DNA of 64,000 bases from Heteronotia binoei. Its lineage: Eukaryota. Every line of letters starts with the position of its first letter. Within the stretch, counting starts at the first letter, position 1. Below the pieces are notes generated by a model. It was not told the origin of the DNA and made no database searches. It saw only the letters and a list, made by a program, of their open reading frames with translations. A program made the translations under genes and the position numbers. The DNA lies in contig NC_083224.1 of the NCBI RefSeq assembly GCF_032191835.1, positions 156,984,001 to 157,048,000 on the forward strand, in the 5' to 3' direction. Positions 24,065 to 36,814 of the stretch are shown one piece after another.

Positions 24065-26007
24065 AATAATAATAATAAAAAAATAAACTTTTATTTATAC
24101 CCCGCCCTCCCCGCCTGGGCAGGCTCAGGGTGGCTAACAAGACATGGTAAAACCATGATACAAATAAAACAGAGTACATAATTAATAATTTAAACAGTAA
24201 AACCAATAAAACAGTATAACATTGTAGTACAATCAGAATATGTGCAAGATGGCTCGCTGTTATTAATATTATCAGGAGTTCCGTCTTAAAAAGCTAATTG
24301 GAAGAGGGTGGTTTTGCAGGCCCTGCAAAACTGGTTAAGATCCCGTAGGGTCCCCACCTCTTCCGGCAGTTGATTCCACCATTGGGGGGCCTTTGTGGAG
24401 AATGCCTGTTCTCTGGTAGTTTTTAATTTGGTTTCTTTTGGCCCAGGGATTTCCAAAAAAATTTTTGAGCTTGATCGCAGTGCTCTCTTGGGAACATATG
24501 GAGAGAGGCGGTCCCTAAGGTAGACAGGTCCTCGACCATATAGGGCTTTAAAGGTAATAACCAGCACCTTGTAACAAACCCGGTAAACAATTGGCAGCCA
24601 GTGCAATTCCTGCAGCCCAGACTGCACATGTTCCCACCGGGGCAGTCCCAATAGCAGCCTGGCTGCTGCATTTTGCACTAGCTGCAGTTTCCAGGTTCAG
24701 TACAGGGGCAGCCCCATGTAGAGGGCATTACAGTAGTCTAACCTCAAGGTGACCATAGCGTGGATCACTGTTGCCAGGTCACTGCGCTCCAGGAAGGGGG
24801 CTAACTGCCTCGCCCGTCTAAGATGAAAAAAGGCGGACTTAGCAGTAGCTGCTATTTGGGCCTCCATTGTCAAGGAAGGCTCCAGTAGAACTCCCAAGCT
24901 CTTAACTCTGTGCACTGCTACCAGTTGCACCCCATCAAAAACTGGGAGGGAGACCCCGTTCCCTAAACCGCCATGACCCAGGCAAAGGACCTCTGTCTTC
25001 GCTGGATTCAATTTCAGCCCACTCAGCTTAATCCAGTCTGCCACGGCTTGCAACGCCCAGTTCAGATTTTCCGGGGCATTGTCAGTCCGGTCACCCATCA
25101 ATAGATAGAGCTGGGTGTCATCAGCATACTGATGACAGCCCAGCCCATATCTCCGGGCAATCTGGGCAAGGGGGCGCATAAAGATGTTAAATAACATCGG
25201 AGGGAGAACTGCGCCCTGCGGCACCCCACAATTAAGTGAGTGTCTCTAGGATAGCTCTCCTCCAATTGCCACCCTTTGTCCCTGACCTTCAAGGAAAGAG
25301 GAAAGCCACTGTAAAGCTAACCTCTGAATCCCTGCGTCAGCAAGGCGGCAGGCCAGCAGCCGGTGATCGACCATATCGAATGCAGCCGATAGGTCTAACA
25401 GCAGCAAAACCGCCTCGCCGCCTCAATCCAGATGTCTCCGGAGATCATCCATGAGAGCGACCAAGACTGTCTCCGTCCCATGTCCCGGGCGGAAGCCGGA
25501 CTGGAATGGATCTAAGGTGGAAGCATCCTCCAGAAAACTCTGCAGCTGCAACGCAACAGCCCTCTCAATGACTGCCCCAAAAAGGGCACATTTGAGTCTG
25601 GCCGGTAGTGCGCCAATTTGGTCGGGTCTGATGTAACCTTTTTTAAGAGAGGGCGGACCACTGCCTCCTTCAGAGGGGATGGAAAATGGCTCTCTGAAAG
25701 AGATCTATTTATGATGTCCCGTATAGGGCATTTTAGCTCCTCCAGGCATGCTTTAATTAGCCAGGAGTGGCATGGGTCAAGATCACAAGTTGTTGAACTT
25801 GCAGCAGAGAGGACTCTGTCAACTTCCTCCAAGCTGAGCGGGTCGAAATGATCCAGGATAGAACTGGAAGGCAGGCACGGAGCCTCGAGTCTACATACTG
25901 AATCCAGTATGGCAGGGCAGTCACGGCGAAGCGATTGGACTTTGTCTGCAAAATATTTCGCAAAAGCCTCACAGCCTATCTCTAATTCCTTAACATTTGG
26001 TTTGCCC
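24065..26007 (-). mobile_element. 5'-truncated, frameshifted L2 copy (sister lineage)
   Basis: Minus ORFs 25512-26120, 24697-25224 and 24286-24678 align piecewise to the intact ORF2 (GKPNVKELEIG, PQGAVL, YADDTQLY, QNAAARLL). Homology stops at ~26007. The same 3' stem-loop is present, with an (ATT)n tail on the element strand. Confidence 0.92.
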
Positions 26008-27497
26008 TTTTGATATATGGGATCACTTTGCAGCTCAAAACCTTCTTTCTCAGCTATAGACTCTGAGGGTTTTAATTGCATAGCCAAGTTCTGACTTGGA
26101 TATGGGGTGGAGGTACTCATACCTGAAATTAGGGAAGTTACAATGTTATAGTTACCACATTAGCCATGCCATGTTTATTGAACCAGTATCGCCAGAATAC
26201 CTTTCTCCTTCAGGTGAATACAAAGTAGCTATTTGTCATGTAAAAAGTTAGGGAGAGGGTTGATAGATATGGAAGTAGATAGCTGAACAACTGTCACTAT
26301 GTCAGGTTGCAGGACTTTAAATAATATTAGCAGGAATTTGTGTACTCCATCACTGCGCAGAAATTAGCATTGAGCGCAGAATTCACATCTCAAGAACCCT
26401 TGCTTTGTTCCTGGGAAAAACTACAAATCTAGCCGACAACACCAGATGCTATGATGGACTTGGATATTCCATTCCAGCAAGTGGGATCTACCCAGGAAAA
26501 CAGCCTTGCATGTGCATAATGACTGTAACTGTGATTCTGGATGAGCATCCTGTTTGGATCACAGCCCTTCTCTATGCCCCATTGAACTGATTATTCACCT
26601 GTTAATGTGCATGATGAACATTCTTCCATTGTAATACATGGCTCCTTGTCTAAGTCTCTAACCATATCGTGATCAGAGTATTATTGTGTGGTGCAGATGG
26701 GCTGAAGCAAGATCTCTCAAAATAAGCAATTTTGGTCATTGTTGACATTGGCCTATTTATACAGTGGCTTTCATATGTTTGTAATTTTTTTTCAATCTCA
26801 ACCTTTTTGATTGCTTTTTTTCTTATTCTATGGCACATAGGCTGAGTGTTTTCATTGAGCAAGATGTCTTTTCTCTAGAGGTTTTTTGTATTATTGTTGT
26901 CTGTGCACTTGGCTTTGCAATAGTAAGTATTCCCAGAACACTCTAATAGCATCCAAAGTTTCTGAAGCTTGAAGTGAGGTTACCTGGTAATATATGTTGT
27001 AAATGAAATGCAGCATGGACAGTTTCAAAGTCCATAAGGAAGGAGCTTTCTGGGAAAATCAATTTCAACAATTGATATATTACATCCCTTATTGGAAGAG
27101 AAATGTGCTTTGTAGCATCTTGGAAAACATTCAGTGCATGAGTTGAGTCCTTTTAGTGCATTTACTGAGAGGCCCAATCTCTGACTACTTTTTACATATG
27201 TAAGTAGAAACCTTTATTTTGTTGCAAACTTGAGGCAGCAAAATTGGTTGACATTCAGTTAAACAGGTATACAAATGTGTAATTCATCAGTGATATAAAC
27301 CATACATAAAATACCCCTGAGATTTGTATTGTAATATAAATAATCCACAACCAAGCGACTGTATTTGTTATGGGAACAGGAAATGCTCTTAGCTTTGTTT
27401 CTCTTTATGTTTGCTGATGAGTCGAAATCAACTGTGCAACTGAACAAGAACAATATTTTTGTCAGTAGCTTTGGGTTCTCCATTTTTCAGATTTGTA

Positions 27498-27808
27498 GGC
27501 CCCGTGGCGCAGAGTGGTAAAGCAGCAGTACTGCAGTACTGTGGTCTGAACTCTCTGCTCATGACCTGAGTTTAATTCAGGTGGGAGATGGATTCAGGTA
27601 GCCAGCCCAAGGTTGACTCAGCCTTCCATCCTTCCGAGGTCAGTAAAATGAGTACCCAGTTTGCTGGGGGGGGGGGGAGTGTAAAAGACTGGGAAAGGCA
27701 ATGGCAAACCACCCTGTAAAAAGTCTGCCGTGAAAATGTTGTGAAAGCAACGTCACCCCAGATTCGGAAACGACTGGTGCTTGCGCAGGAGACCTCTCCT
27801 TTTCCCTT
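27498..27808 (+). mobile_element. Sauria SINE
   Basis: tRNA-like A box TGGCGCAGAGTGG, core GGTTGACTCAGCCTTCCATCCTTCCGAGG and a Bov-B-like tail GGCAATGGCAAACCACC. Confidence 0.85.
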
Positions 27809-28209
27809 ATATTAAGTATGCACATTGTATGGCTTTTATATTTACTGTATAATTTTTATATGTGTAATCTCTGTCTCATTCACATTAATACGGATGTATT
27901 AGTTAACTGTTTTATGATTTGTATCTTGCTTTATTTTGTAAACTGCCTAGGTTCTCTGGAAAAGAGTATGTTTTCTAAACAAACACTATGTTTCATTTAG
28001 AATGCTATTAAAATGGAAAGAAAATTTGGGAAGAAACTTTGCTCAGAGTTATCCCTATTTAATCTTCCATTCTTCTTCTGTTGTCTTTCCCATTTTCAGA
28101 ATTCAGATAGATAATTCCTTGTCCCCAACATCCATACTTAAAAGAATGGATAGCAGAACTTTGGTTGAGCATTATTTCAAGACAAGGAGCCTTCCACTGG
28201 CACAAGAAC

Positions 28210-28409
28210 CAGGGCTTTTTCTGAGCAGGAACACACAGGAACGCAGTTCTAGCTGGCTTGGCATCAGAGGGTGTGGCCTAATATGTAAATAAGTTCTTGC
28301 TGGGCTTTTTCTTTAAAAAAGACCTGTATGAAGCAATGGTGATGTCAGCGGGTGTGGCCCAATATTCAAATGAGTTCCTGCTGGCCTCTTTCTACAAAAA
28401 AAGGTCCTG
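28210..28409. mobile_element. hAT MITE, older copy of the 20556-20756 family
   Basis: Collinear with 20556-20756. The TSD is degraded. Confidence 0.8.
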
Positions 28410-30305
28410 AATGGAGCATACATCTGTTCAGCTAATGAAAGGTTCCTTTCATCAAAAGAAAAATAGTCTGTTGGTGGAGTGGAAACTTTGAACCTAACCT
28501 TGAGTGACTATTACTGCTTATTTATTTAGAATATGTATTTGATGCCTGCTTAAGGAGGCTCACCAGGTAAAAACAATGTAATAGAACAATTAAAAACGTA
28601 AGAATTAGCAATATTAAAATTTCTTATAAATAGCTAAATGGGTCCATGAACCATATATATTTATGGGCCTATTTAGTTGTTTCTGAAGTATGTATGCCAA
28701 AGGGAAAAAACCCTTTGAAAAATCTCACTGTGTGCCAATTAAATATACCGGGGTTTTTTTTGCAGTATAAACTTTGAAGAGCAAATTTTGAACATTGGTG
28801 TGAATTGTTTTCCCCATGCCTAGAATCCAGAATGGCATCTCTGACCTAAAGCTGTATCCCATACCTACCATTTGGAACTGGCACTGATGAAGACCATTAT
28901 GCTGAATAACTACTTTTATTTAACCAGTTAATGACAGATTAAAATAAATAAGGGCCTCACTGAACAGATGGCAGGATACTGAACAGTTTCATTTAATGAA
29001 ATAGTATAGAATAGAAAGTGATTCTGCAAGTATTTCCTGAATTAACAGAGAACTATTTGCATAAATGCTGTCAGTTGCTAAGCTGTTTCAGAGGATGCTG
29101 TTCTAATTACAAATAATATATGATAGTAAATCTTATTTTGAAACTTGAAAAAACCCTATTTTTAATATTAGCAAAAATAAAATGGTTCTCCCTCCCTGGC
29201 TTTTCCTTTGCATAATGTATTCATTTAAATATGGAAATATGCTTTCAGGAAATATGTTTTAGTAAGTGGGGTTTTGTTAAAGGACTGAGAGCCTCCTTGA
29301 CCTCTGGGTTAGACATCTTTACATTTTCTAGAACCATCAGTGAATAGCCCTGGTTTATAAAATCCGGCAGTTCAAGAATGCAGTGATCTGTTCTGTCTAA
29401 CTTATGTCAGGCTAGAGGGTATTTAAATTAATAATGGCGTTATTAGAAATGGAAATGCATATGTAAAAAAATTGCCTAGACATCTTGGTTATAATGACAC
29501 TTGTCCTTTTGATGGATTGCTAATACTTTTAATTTTTATTCTAAAATTTATAATCTCCCTTTCTACAACCATATTTAAAGCAGCTCTAGAAATCACAGTG
29601 ATAAATACTACATTTAAAAAATCCTCATATTCTAAACCAGTGGGACACATGCTACAGCTTGCAGAAAGCCACTTTCATAGTTGCCATCAACCAGAAGAGC
29701 CACGTTTATTTCCATCCCTGTGATGACGACTGCATCTCAAGGAGGCTCACAGCTTACCCACTTGAGACAAGAAGCACCTGCCAACTGCTAGGCCCTTTGA
29801 ACAAGAGCTTGGCCACCTTCCTGAAACATGGGACAGCTGACACATTTTAAAGAACAGTGTTCAGAAGAGCCACAGGTGGCACTTAAAAGAATCACATGTA
29901 GTTTCTGATCCACTTGGTTAGTATCACCATTCTAAAGCATTCTTGAAGTGGGAGAAAAATGGAACTGGGGTGATTTTTGCTTCAAATAAGACCAGATACA
30001 GTTTAACATTTAATCCATTCACTGTCTGTAGTATATATAACTGATGGACTGTTTGCTAACAAGCACAATTACGGATTCACACTTGAAATCATTAGAATTC
30101 TCAATGTATAGTGGGTAGTGTTGGATTGTGATCTGGGAAATAGGGTTCCCAGGTCTGGGTTGGGAAACATCTGGAGATATTGGGAGTGGAGCCTGAGGAG
30201 GGCAGGGTTTGTGGAGGGGAAGGCCCTTAGCATGGTAGAGTGCCACAGAGTACACCCTCTACAGCAGGCCTGTTCTCCAGGGGAGCTGGTCTCTATTGTC
30301 TAGAG

Positions 30306-30736
30306 CAGGGGTGTCAAACATGCAGATCAAGGGCCGAATCAGGCTCCCAGAGGACTCCTGTCAGCCCCTCGAGTAATCGAGTAATCTGTCATCTGCTTCC
30401 TTCTCCCTATATCTTGCTTCCTTCTTTATAACAGCTTGCTTTGCAAGGCTTGCTCAACTGCACAGGAGCTACAGAGCAAAACCTCTATGTTTTCCAATGG
30501 CTGAGGCTCCTCTCTTGGGGAGGAAGAGGGAGGAATAGCTGGCTTTGCCAGGCTCTCTTAATTGCACAGCAGAAGCCTCTCTTCCTTCTATTGGCTAAGT
30601 CTCCCCCCAACCCTTGGGGAAGGAAGGAAAGAGCCAGAGCTTCCTTTGCCTAATTCCCTAGATTCCATGGGAGAAATATAAATAAAGCAACTTTAAAACC
30701 AATGAGTGCTAACGTTTTAAGCATGTTTTAAGTTTT

Positions 30737-30786
<50 letters not shown>

Positions 30787-30942
30787 GTCCTTTATAAAAT
30801 TCATATCTCTGCTACCTAATCTTAAATAGGTACACACATGGCCCAGCCCAGCATGGCTCGGCCCAACCCAACATGGCGCAGCCCAACAAGGTCTCATTTA
30901 TGTCAGATCTGGCCCTCATAACAAATGAGTTCGACACTCCTG
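30306..30942. mobile_element. Nested hAT Charlie-like element
   Basis: CAGGGGTGTCAAAC..GTTCGACACTCCTG. Flanks are GTCTAGAG/GTCTAATT (NTCTAGAN-type target). Contains an (AT)n tract. Confidence 0.8.
30742..30782. repeat. (AT)n microsatellite
   Basis: Perfect run inside the nested hAT element. Confidence 0.95.
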
Positions 30943-31310
30943 GTCTAATTATAATAGCAGGATATCTTCAGGACCCACTTGGAGGTTGGCAGCCCTCAGG
31001 CATACCATATTTACTTGAAAGGAGGATGACCTGGAATTAAGATGACCACCACCTTCCCTATGAAATTTTCTACATAAAATTTTTATTGTTGGACATAACT
31101 GTAAATTTTGTGCAAATTAAAGACAACCCCCTTTTCCTTTGTTTTTTTAATGACATACCTTGAAACAAAATGCTAGTCTTGCATTTGAGTCAATGATGTA
31201 AGTTCAAATTTCCACTTGACTGTGAAGCTTATTCGGTGACCTGAGACCCAGTCGCTGTCTTTCAGCCCAAATGATTTCATAGTATTGTTGTGCTGGTAAA
31301 GTGGAGATAA

Positions 31311-31820
31311 TAGGGTTGCCAATCCCCAGGTGGGGGCAGGGGATCCCCCAGTTTGGAGGCCCTCCCCCCGCTTCAGGGTCGTCAGAAAGCGGGGGGAGGG
31401 GAGGGAAATGTCTGCTGGGAACTCTGTTATTCCCTATGGCGATTTATTCCAATAGAAAATAATGGAGAATTGATCCGCGGGTATCTGGGGCTCCGGGGGG
31501 GGGTCTGTTTTGGGGGGTAAAAGCACCAAATTTTCCGTACAGCATCTAGTGCCTCTCTCCCAAATAACCCCCAAGTTTCAAAACGGTTGGACCAGGGGGT
31601 CCAATTCTATGAGCCCCCAAAGAAGTTGCCCCATCCTTCATGATTTGCTATGGAAGGAAGGAATTGAAAAGGTGTGCTGCCCCTTTAAATGTGATGGCCA
31701 GAACTCCCTTTGGAGTTCAATTATGCTTATCACAGCCTTGATCTTGGCTCCATCCCTAATGTCTCCTGGCTCCACCCCCAAAGTCCCCAGATATTTCTTG
31801 AATTGGAATTGGCAACCCTA
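31311..31820. mobile_element. hAT non-autonomous element (TAGGGTTGCCA TIR)
   Basis: Perfect TIRs and a perfect TSD GGAGATAA (31303-10, 31821-28). Confidence 0.92.
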
Positions 31821-32799
31821 GGAGATAATGAGAATAATTTTGTAAGCCATATTAGGTTCCTATGGGGGGGGGGAGGTGATAAACATCTAAAGAAAGAAAG
31901 AATAGCATTACCATATATGAAGTAACATTCAATGAACATGGCCTAATGCTAGGCAGGATGTACCTTCAGAAAGGTTCTCCATATTTATGTTGTGTGACTG
32001 TATGAACTTGCTTACTGTGGAGACAGGAACTTAGAGAGACGGCTTTTTAGTGCTTCACTTGCTGAATGCTGAAGATCCATGCAGTACAGTCATAAGCATA
32101 GTTGCATTATTCCAAGTTATGGACTTAGTAGGGTGTTGCTCTATAACTGCACAGTTATAGAACAATCCTAAGCAAATCTCAGAATCCCATGCCCTGCTCC
32201 ATAAACAGGTTTGGCCTGGAACAGGATTCAGAACGTCCATGTTTTGTCTTGTTCAGCAGTGCCTTTATCCACACCAACCAAACCAGCAGAGCCAGTTTCC
32301 ATCTAGCCTTGCCCAGAGGATGACATAAGCATGAAAATATTCTTACAAAGTTTTTTCACAGTACTGGTTTGACTATGGTGTTCTAACCACCCATATTTGA
32401 GAACTTATTATATGTATACAATACTGTGATGTGTTGTGGACTTTGTTCAAAACTGAAAAGATAGTTTCATTCAATAGAGGTTCTTTGCACATATTACTTG
32501 GCCTTATCATCATCTTTTTAAAAAGCATTGGTTGAAAACTGATAGGACCAGTCACTTCAGAATGTACGCAGAGAAGCCACATGATTTAATATTTCTCACA
32601 TTAAAGAATTCCCTCCTCTGTCATTTAGTTTTACCATCACTTTCTTCCTAATGTGTTAGTTTTCTGTATATGTTTTTGAACAGTGAAAACCATCAATTGT
32701 GTAGTGTCCTGTTGTGAAGGGCACTATTTCCCCTCCTTTTATTGTCTAGATTGACTGTTTTATATGGCCACCTCAGATGTTTCTTAGCATCCTTTAGAG

Positions 32800-33288
32800 C
32801 AGCGGTCCCCAAGGTTTTAGTCACTGGGGACCGGTTTTATGGAAGACAAGTTTTCCACGGACAGGGGAGTGGGGGGGAGATGATTTCAGGATAATACAAT
32901 TGTGCGCTTTATTTTGGTGTGGTGGTTAAGTGTGCGGACTCTTATCTGGGAGAGCTGGGTTTGATTCCCCACTCCTCCACTTACACCTGCTGGAATGGCG
33001 TTGGGTTAGCCATAACTCTAGAAGAGTTGTCCTTGAAAGGGCAGCTTCTGGGAAGAGCTCTCTCAGCCCCACCCACCTCACAGGGTGTCGGGGGAGGAAG
33101 ATAAAGGAGATTTTGAGCCACTCTGAGATTTTGAGTGGAGGGTAGGATATAAATCCAATGTCATTGTCTTCTTCCTACTACTACTACTACTACTACTACA
33201 TTGTAATATATAATAAAACAATTATACAACTGTTATTAACAGGCCACGGACCTGTACCGGTCCCCAGACCGGGGGTTGGGGACCCCTG
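32800..33288. mobile_element. hAT-Charlie (MER1-like) MITE containing a SINE
   Basis: CAGCGGTCCCCAA..TTGGGGACCCCTG. TSD CTTTAGAG/CTTTAGAA (7/8). Confidence 0.85.
32913..33178 (+). mobile_element. Squam3-like (MIR/Ther1-derived) tRNA SINE nested in a hAT MITE
   Basis: Head TTTGGTGTGGTGGTTAAG..GGTTTGATTCCCC, core CCCACCTCACAGGG, L2-like tail AGCCACTCTGAG..GGATATAAAT. Confidence 0.8.
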
Positions 33289-34973
33289 CTTTAGAAAACC
33301 ATGAGCTTTGATCTGAAAGGAATTGTGTATCTTCTCAGAGCTCATGGTTACAAAGAACTGTTTGAAAACAGAACAGAAGATTGCGCATAAAAGTTGAGAA
33401 CAAAACAAAAAGAAAAAAATGTTTTGCTAGTGGAAGACCTTCAAAAAGCATAAATAGTTTTAGATTCCCCAGTGATTCTAGGCTTGCCATGTATTGATTC
33501 AAAGATGGGGGGGGGGGGAGTAAGTTCCTTCTAGTGCAGAAGGCAATAAATATTTGGCAAAGATATGTTCTCTCTGCTCTTGAGGTAAGAAGGGCACATA
33601 TTACTTGGTCTACTCGTTATTATTATTCCTAATTAAAACAGACAGTTCCATCAGTTAATATTTTATGCATTTGTGGTACTTTTATGCACCCACATCTAAA
33701 AGGTTTGGTTTAGGAGGTTTGAAACCTCTTGTAGCCCCTTAACAAAGCACTTTTGACTTAATTGATGTGCTTAATGGTGCCATGATGGCTATTCAGAATG
33801 CTCTAGAGCCTTCAGATAATGCAAAATGAATACTCTTGTTCTCGTTGTGTGTGCACTTTCCTAATTTATTTTTATCAACAAGGATATTATTAGGGGTATG
33901 ATCTATCTGTGGTTCAGTACTTTAGAGAACAATTTGAGCAAGCCTACACAGAAACTTCCCTAGCTGTATTCAGTGGGCTTGATCCCAGAAAAAGATTCTT
34001 AATATTGGAGTACTCAACAGTTCCATTGAAATCAGCAGGACCTAAAAGTGCTGAATATTACCTAGATTGTGCCCTGTGGGTATTTTTTTAAAAGTAATCA
34101 TCATGGTGTGTTGAGATCAGAAGATGGAGTTTTAGCTAACGTAATTCCATGCAGAAGCTTTCAAGTTCAACAACGGTCATCTCCATTTTAAAAGCTAGGA
34201 AGTGTGTCAGCTTGAAATTGTTGAGAGTTGCTGTTCAGTTTAGACCTTATTGAACAAAACATATCATTGGTCTGACCTGATATAATAACCTGACCTCCAG
34301 TCTTGAATGAAAAGAAGTAAACAGCATCCAATCAAGGAAGTGATCATCCAGCTGCTAGCCATTAAACAAGAAACAGGTTTAGAAGATGCAGACAATAGTC
34401 TGGCATTTTTGAGTGTATGCCACTGAAGGTTGGTGACAGGGACACCATAGATTCTGCTGGTCTACCGTCCGCTCCACTGCCCATCTGCCTCTTCCAGAGC
34501 TAGCTGATCTGGTCTCAGGTGTGCTGTTGGAAATACTAAAACTGGAGGTCCTGGTTGACTTTAACATCCCTTCCAAGGCTAGGCTGTCAGGAATGGCACA
34601 GGCATTCCTGATAGGGTTTTATGTACTCCATGACAACCATGGGCCTGCTGCTAGTGATTACTGGCCACACACATGTGGTAGGGCATTTTGGTTTGATTTT
34701 GATTCTCTGGCTTGACACATTGGCTTGATTTTGGTTCTCTGGCTTGACACATTGGCTTGCGGTTCCTCTGGGATTACTGAGTTCTGTAGAAGTTCTGCTG
34801 AACTCGCTGTCTGTCAGTGATTCCTACTTGCAGACATGGGGGGGGGGGATTTGCCCTGGAAGCAGCTTGCAGGGTTTTCTGTCCCCCCTTCCACTGGAAA
34901 TAATGTTCAGAGGCCCATAAAATTGGACTCACTCCTTGGTCCAATCGACTTGAAACTTGGGGGTTATTTAAAG

Positions 34974-35437
34974 CAGGGGTCCCCAACCCCCAGGCCATGG
35001 ACTGGTCCCGGTCCGTGGTGTGTTAGCATCCAGGCTGCACAGAGACAGCACTCTTGGCTTCCTGGGTCACAGATCTGGGAAGCTGAGAGCGGTGGGATGG
35101 ATCAGCGGTGTGTGCTCTCCTCCAAGCCCTGCTTCCCAGGCATAGAAAAGAGCAGGCTTGCTCCACCACCCCTTTTGCCCACCCACACAGCCTCACTCCA
35201 AAGACGGTGGTGGACGAAAGAGGCAGTGTGGCCTCGCTCTGAGGCTGCCTCCCCTTCCAGGGGAGGTGGCCAGAAGCAGCCCCAGTCTCCCCCGTATTTA
35301 AAGACCCCCATGGGGGCAGGGACATGGGAGCAGGGTGGCCTGGGGCAGCAAGAACCCCTGCACCACCCCCCACAGTCCGTGGAAAAATTGTCTGCTACAA
35401 AACTGGTCCCTGGTGCCAAAAAGGTTGGGAGCCACTG
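34974..35437. mobile_element. hAT-Charlie (MER1-like) MITE
   Basis: CAGGGGTCCCCAACC..GGTTGGGAGCCACTG. TSD ATTTAAAG/ATTGAAAG (7/8). Confidence 0.85.
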
Positions 35438-35493
35438 ATTGAAAGGACAGGCACCAGCAGCTTCCCTGCGATTGTAGTGCTTGTGCCTCTAAA

Positions 35494-35774
35494 AGCCAGT
35501 TTGGTGTAGTGGTTAAGTGTGCGGACTCTTATCTGGGAGAACCGGGTTTGATTCCCCACTCCTCCACTTGCACCTGCTGAAATGGTCTTCGGTCAGCCAT
35601 AGCTCTGGCAGAGGTTGTCCTTGAAAGGGCAGCTGCTGGGAGAGCCCTCTCCAGCCCCACCCACCTCGCAGGGTGTTTTTTGTGGGGGAGGAAGGGAAAG
35701 GAGATTGTGAGCCCCTCTGAGACTCTTTGGAGTGGAGGGCGGGATATAAATCCAATATCTTCTTCTTCTTCTTC
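35494..35774 (+). mobile_element. Squam3-like SINE
   Basis: A/B-box head, collinear with 32913-33178, L2-like tail, (TTC)n end. Confidence 0.82.
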
Positions 35775-36172
35775 TAAAAACAACTCCCCCGGCCACCTGG
35801 AAATCTTTCAAAACAACTGTTCCATTTCCCCAGCCATTCCCCATACAGAATAATGGTCCTGAAAAAACTGGAAATGGGGGGGGGACCCTCCAAATCCAAT
35901 TACCATACAGGTATCTGGAATTCAGGAATATTGGAATTACCAATATATTCCCAGTCCAATATACCTGAACCTGAAAAGGTACTTTTTTGGCACGTCCCAC
36001 CCAGGACCCTGGGAATTATATTGTTATGGACAGTTGTTGGTATTTATGGTGAGAAAATGGTTGGATCCAACACTGAAGAGGGAAAAAATCAAACATTACT
36101 AAGGACATAGGTGTATTAACAGCAGTTAGTGACTAGTTTACCAGGTTTCTATCCTGTTTATCCTTTCTATCA

Positions 36173-36462
36173 AGAGCCAGTTTGTTGTGGTGGTGAAGTG
36201 TGTGGACTCTTGTCTGGAAGAACTGGGTTTTATTCCCCACTCCTCCACTTGCAGCTGCTGGAATGGCCTTGGATCAGCTATAGTTCTTGCAGAGGTTGTC
36301 TTTGAAAGAGCAGCTTCTGGAAGAGCTCTCTCAGCTCCACCTACCTCACAGGGAGTCAGTTGTGGGGGAAGAAGATAATGGAAATTGTAAGCCACTCTGA
36401 GACTGATTCAGAGAGAAGAGTGGGGTATAAATCTATGGTCTTCTTTTTCTTCTTCTTCTTCT
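36173..36462 (+). mobile_element. Squam3-like SINE
   Basis: Collinear with 35494-35774, with a (TTC)n tail. Confidence 0.8.
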
Positions 36463-36814
36463 CTTCCTCAAAATTGTTCAAAGCAATTGTTCAAATTGTT
36501 CAAAGTTAGGAGCAATCGTGTTTTATTTAATTGGCCAGAAGAAGAAGCCAAGATTTGTTGCAATCAGAATTCTGGACTGGGAAGACTGAAGGTCAGATTC
36601 CTGCAAAACTCACAGGCTGATTTCAATCAGTCACTATCAGTGCAATCCTAAAGCCATTTCCCTATGCAGCCCAGTTGCATAGACCTGCGTGAGAGTCTGA
36701 GTTAGATCTCCTAAGGATGGTGCTGTGTCTGTCAGCCCCACCTACTGCACAAGGTTGTGCGGATTTAAAGGGGAAGGCTAGTAAACCATGTATAACATCA
36801 TGAGTACCTGAATA

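Larger units (their letters stand above)
30141..30997. mobile_element. hAT MITE (TAGGGTTGCCA family) split by a nested element
   Basis: Left end TAGGGTTCCCAGG, right end TTGGCAGCCCTC. The two halves are collinear with 53302-53520 once 30306-30942 is removed. Confidence 0.7.

Noticed and set aside
26006-26015. Possible TSD of the 24-26 kb L2 (CCTTTTAAT / CCTTTTGAT)
   Set aside because: It has low complexity, one mismatch, and overlaps the tail and junction, so it cannot be distinguished from chance.
27498-27570. tRNA gene
   Set aside because: It has an A-box-like head only, with no cloverleaf, and continues into the Sauria SINE body.
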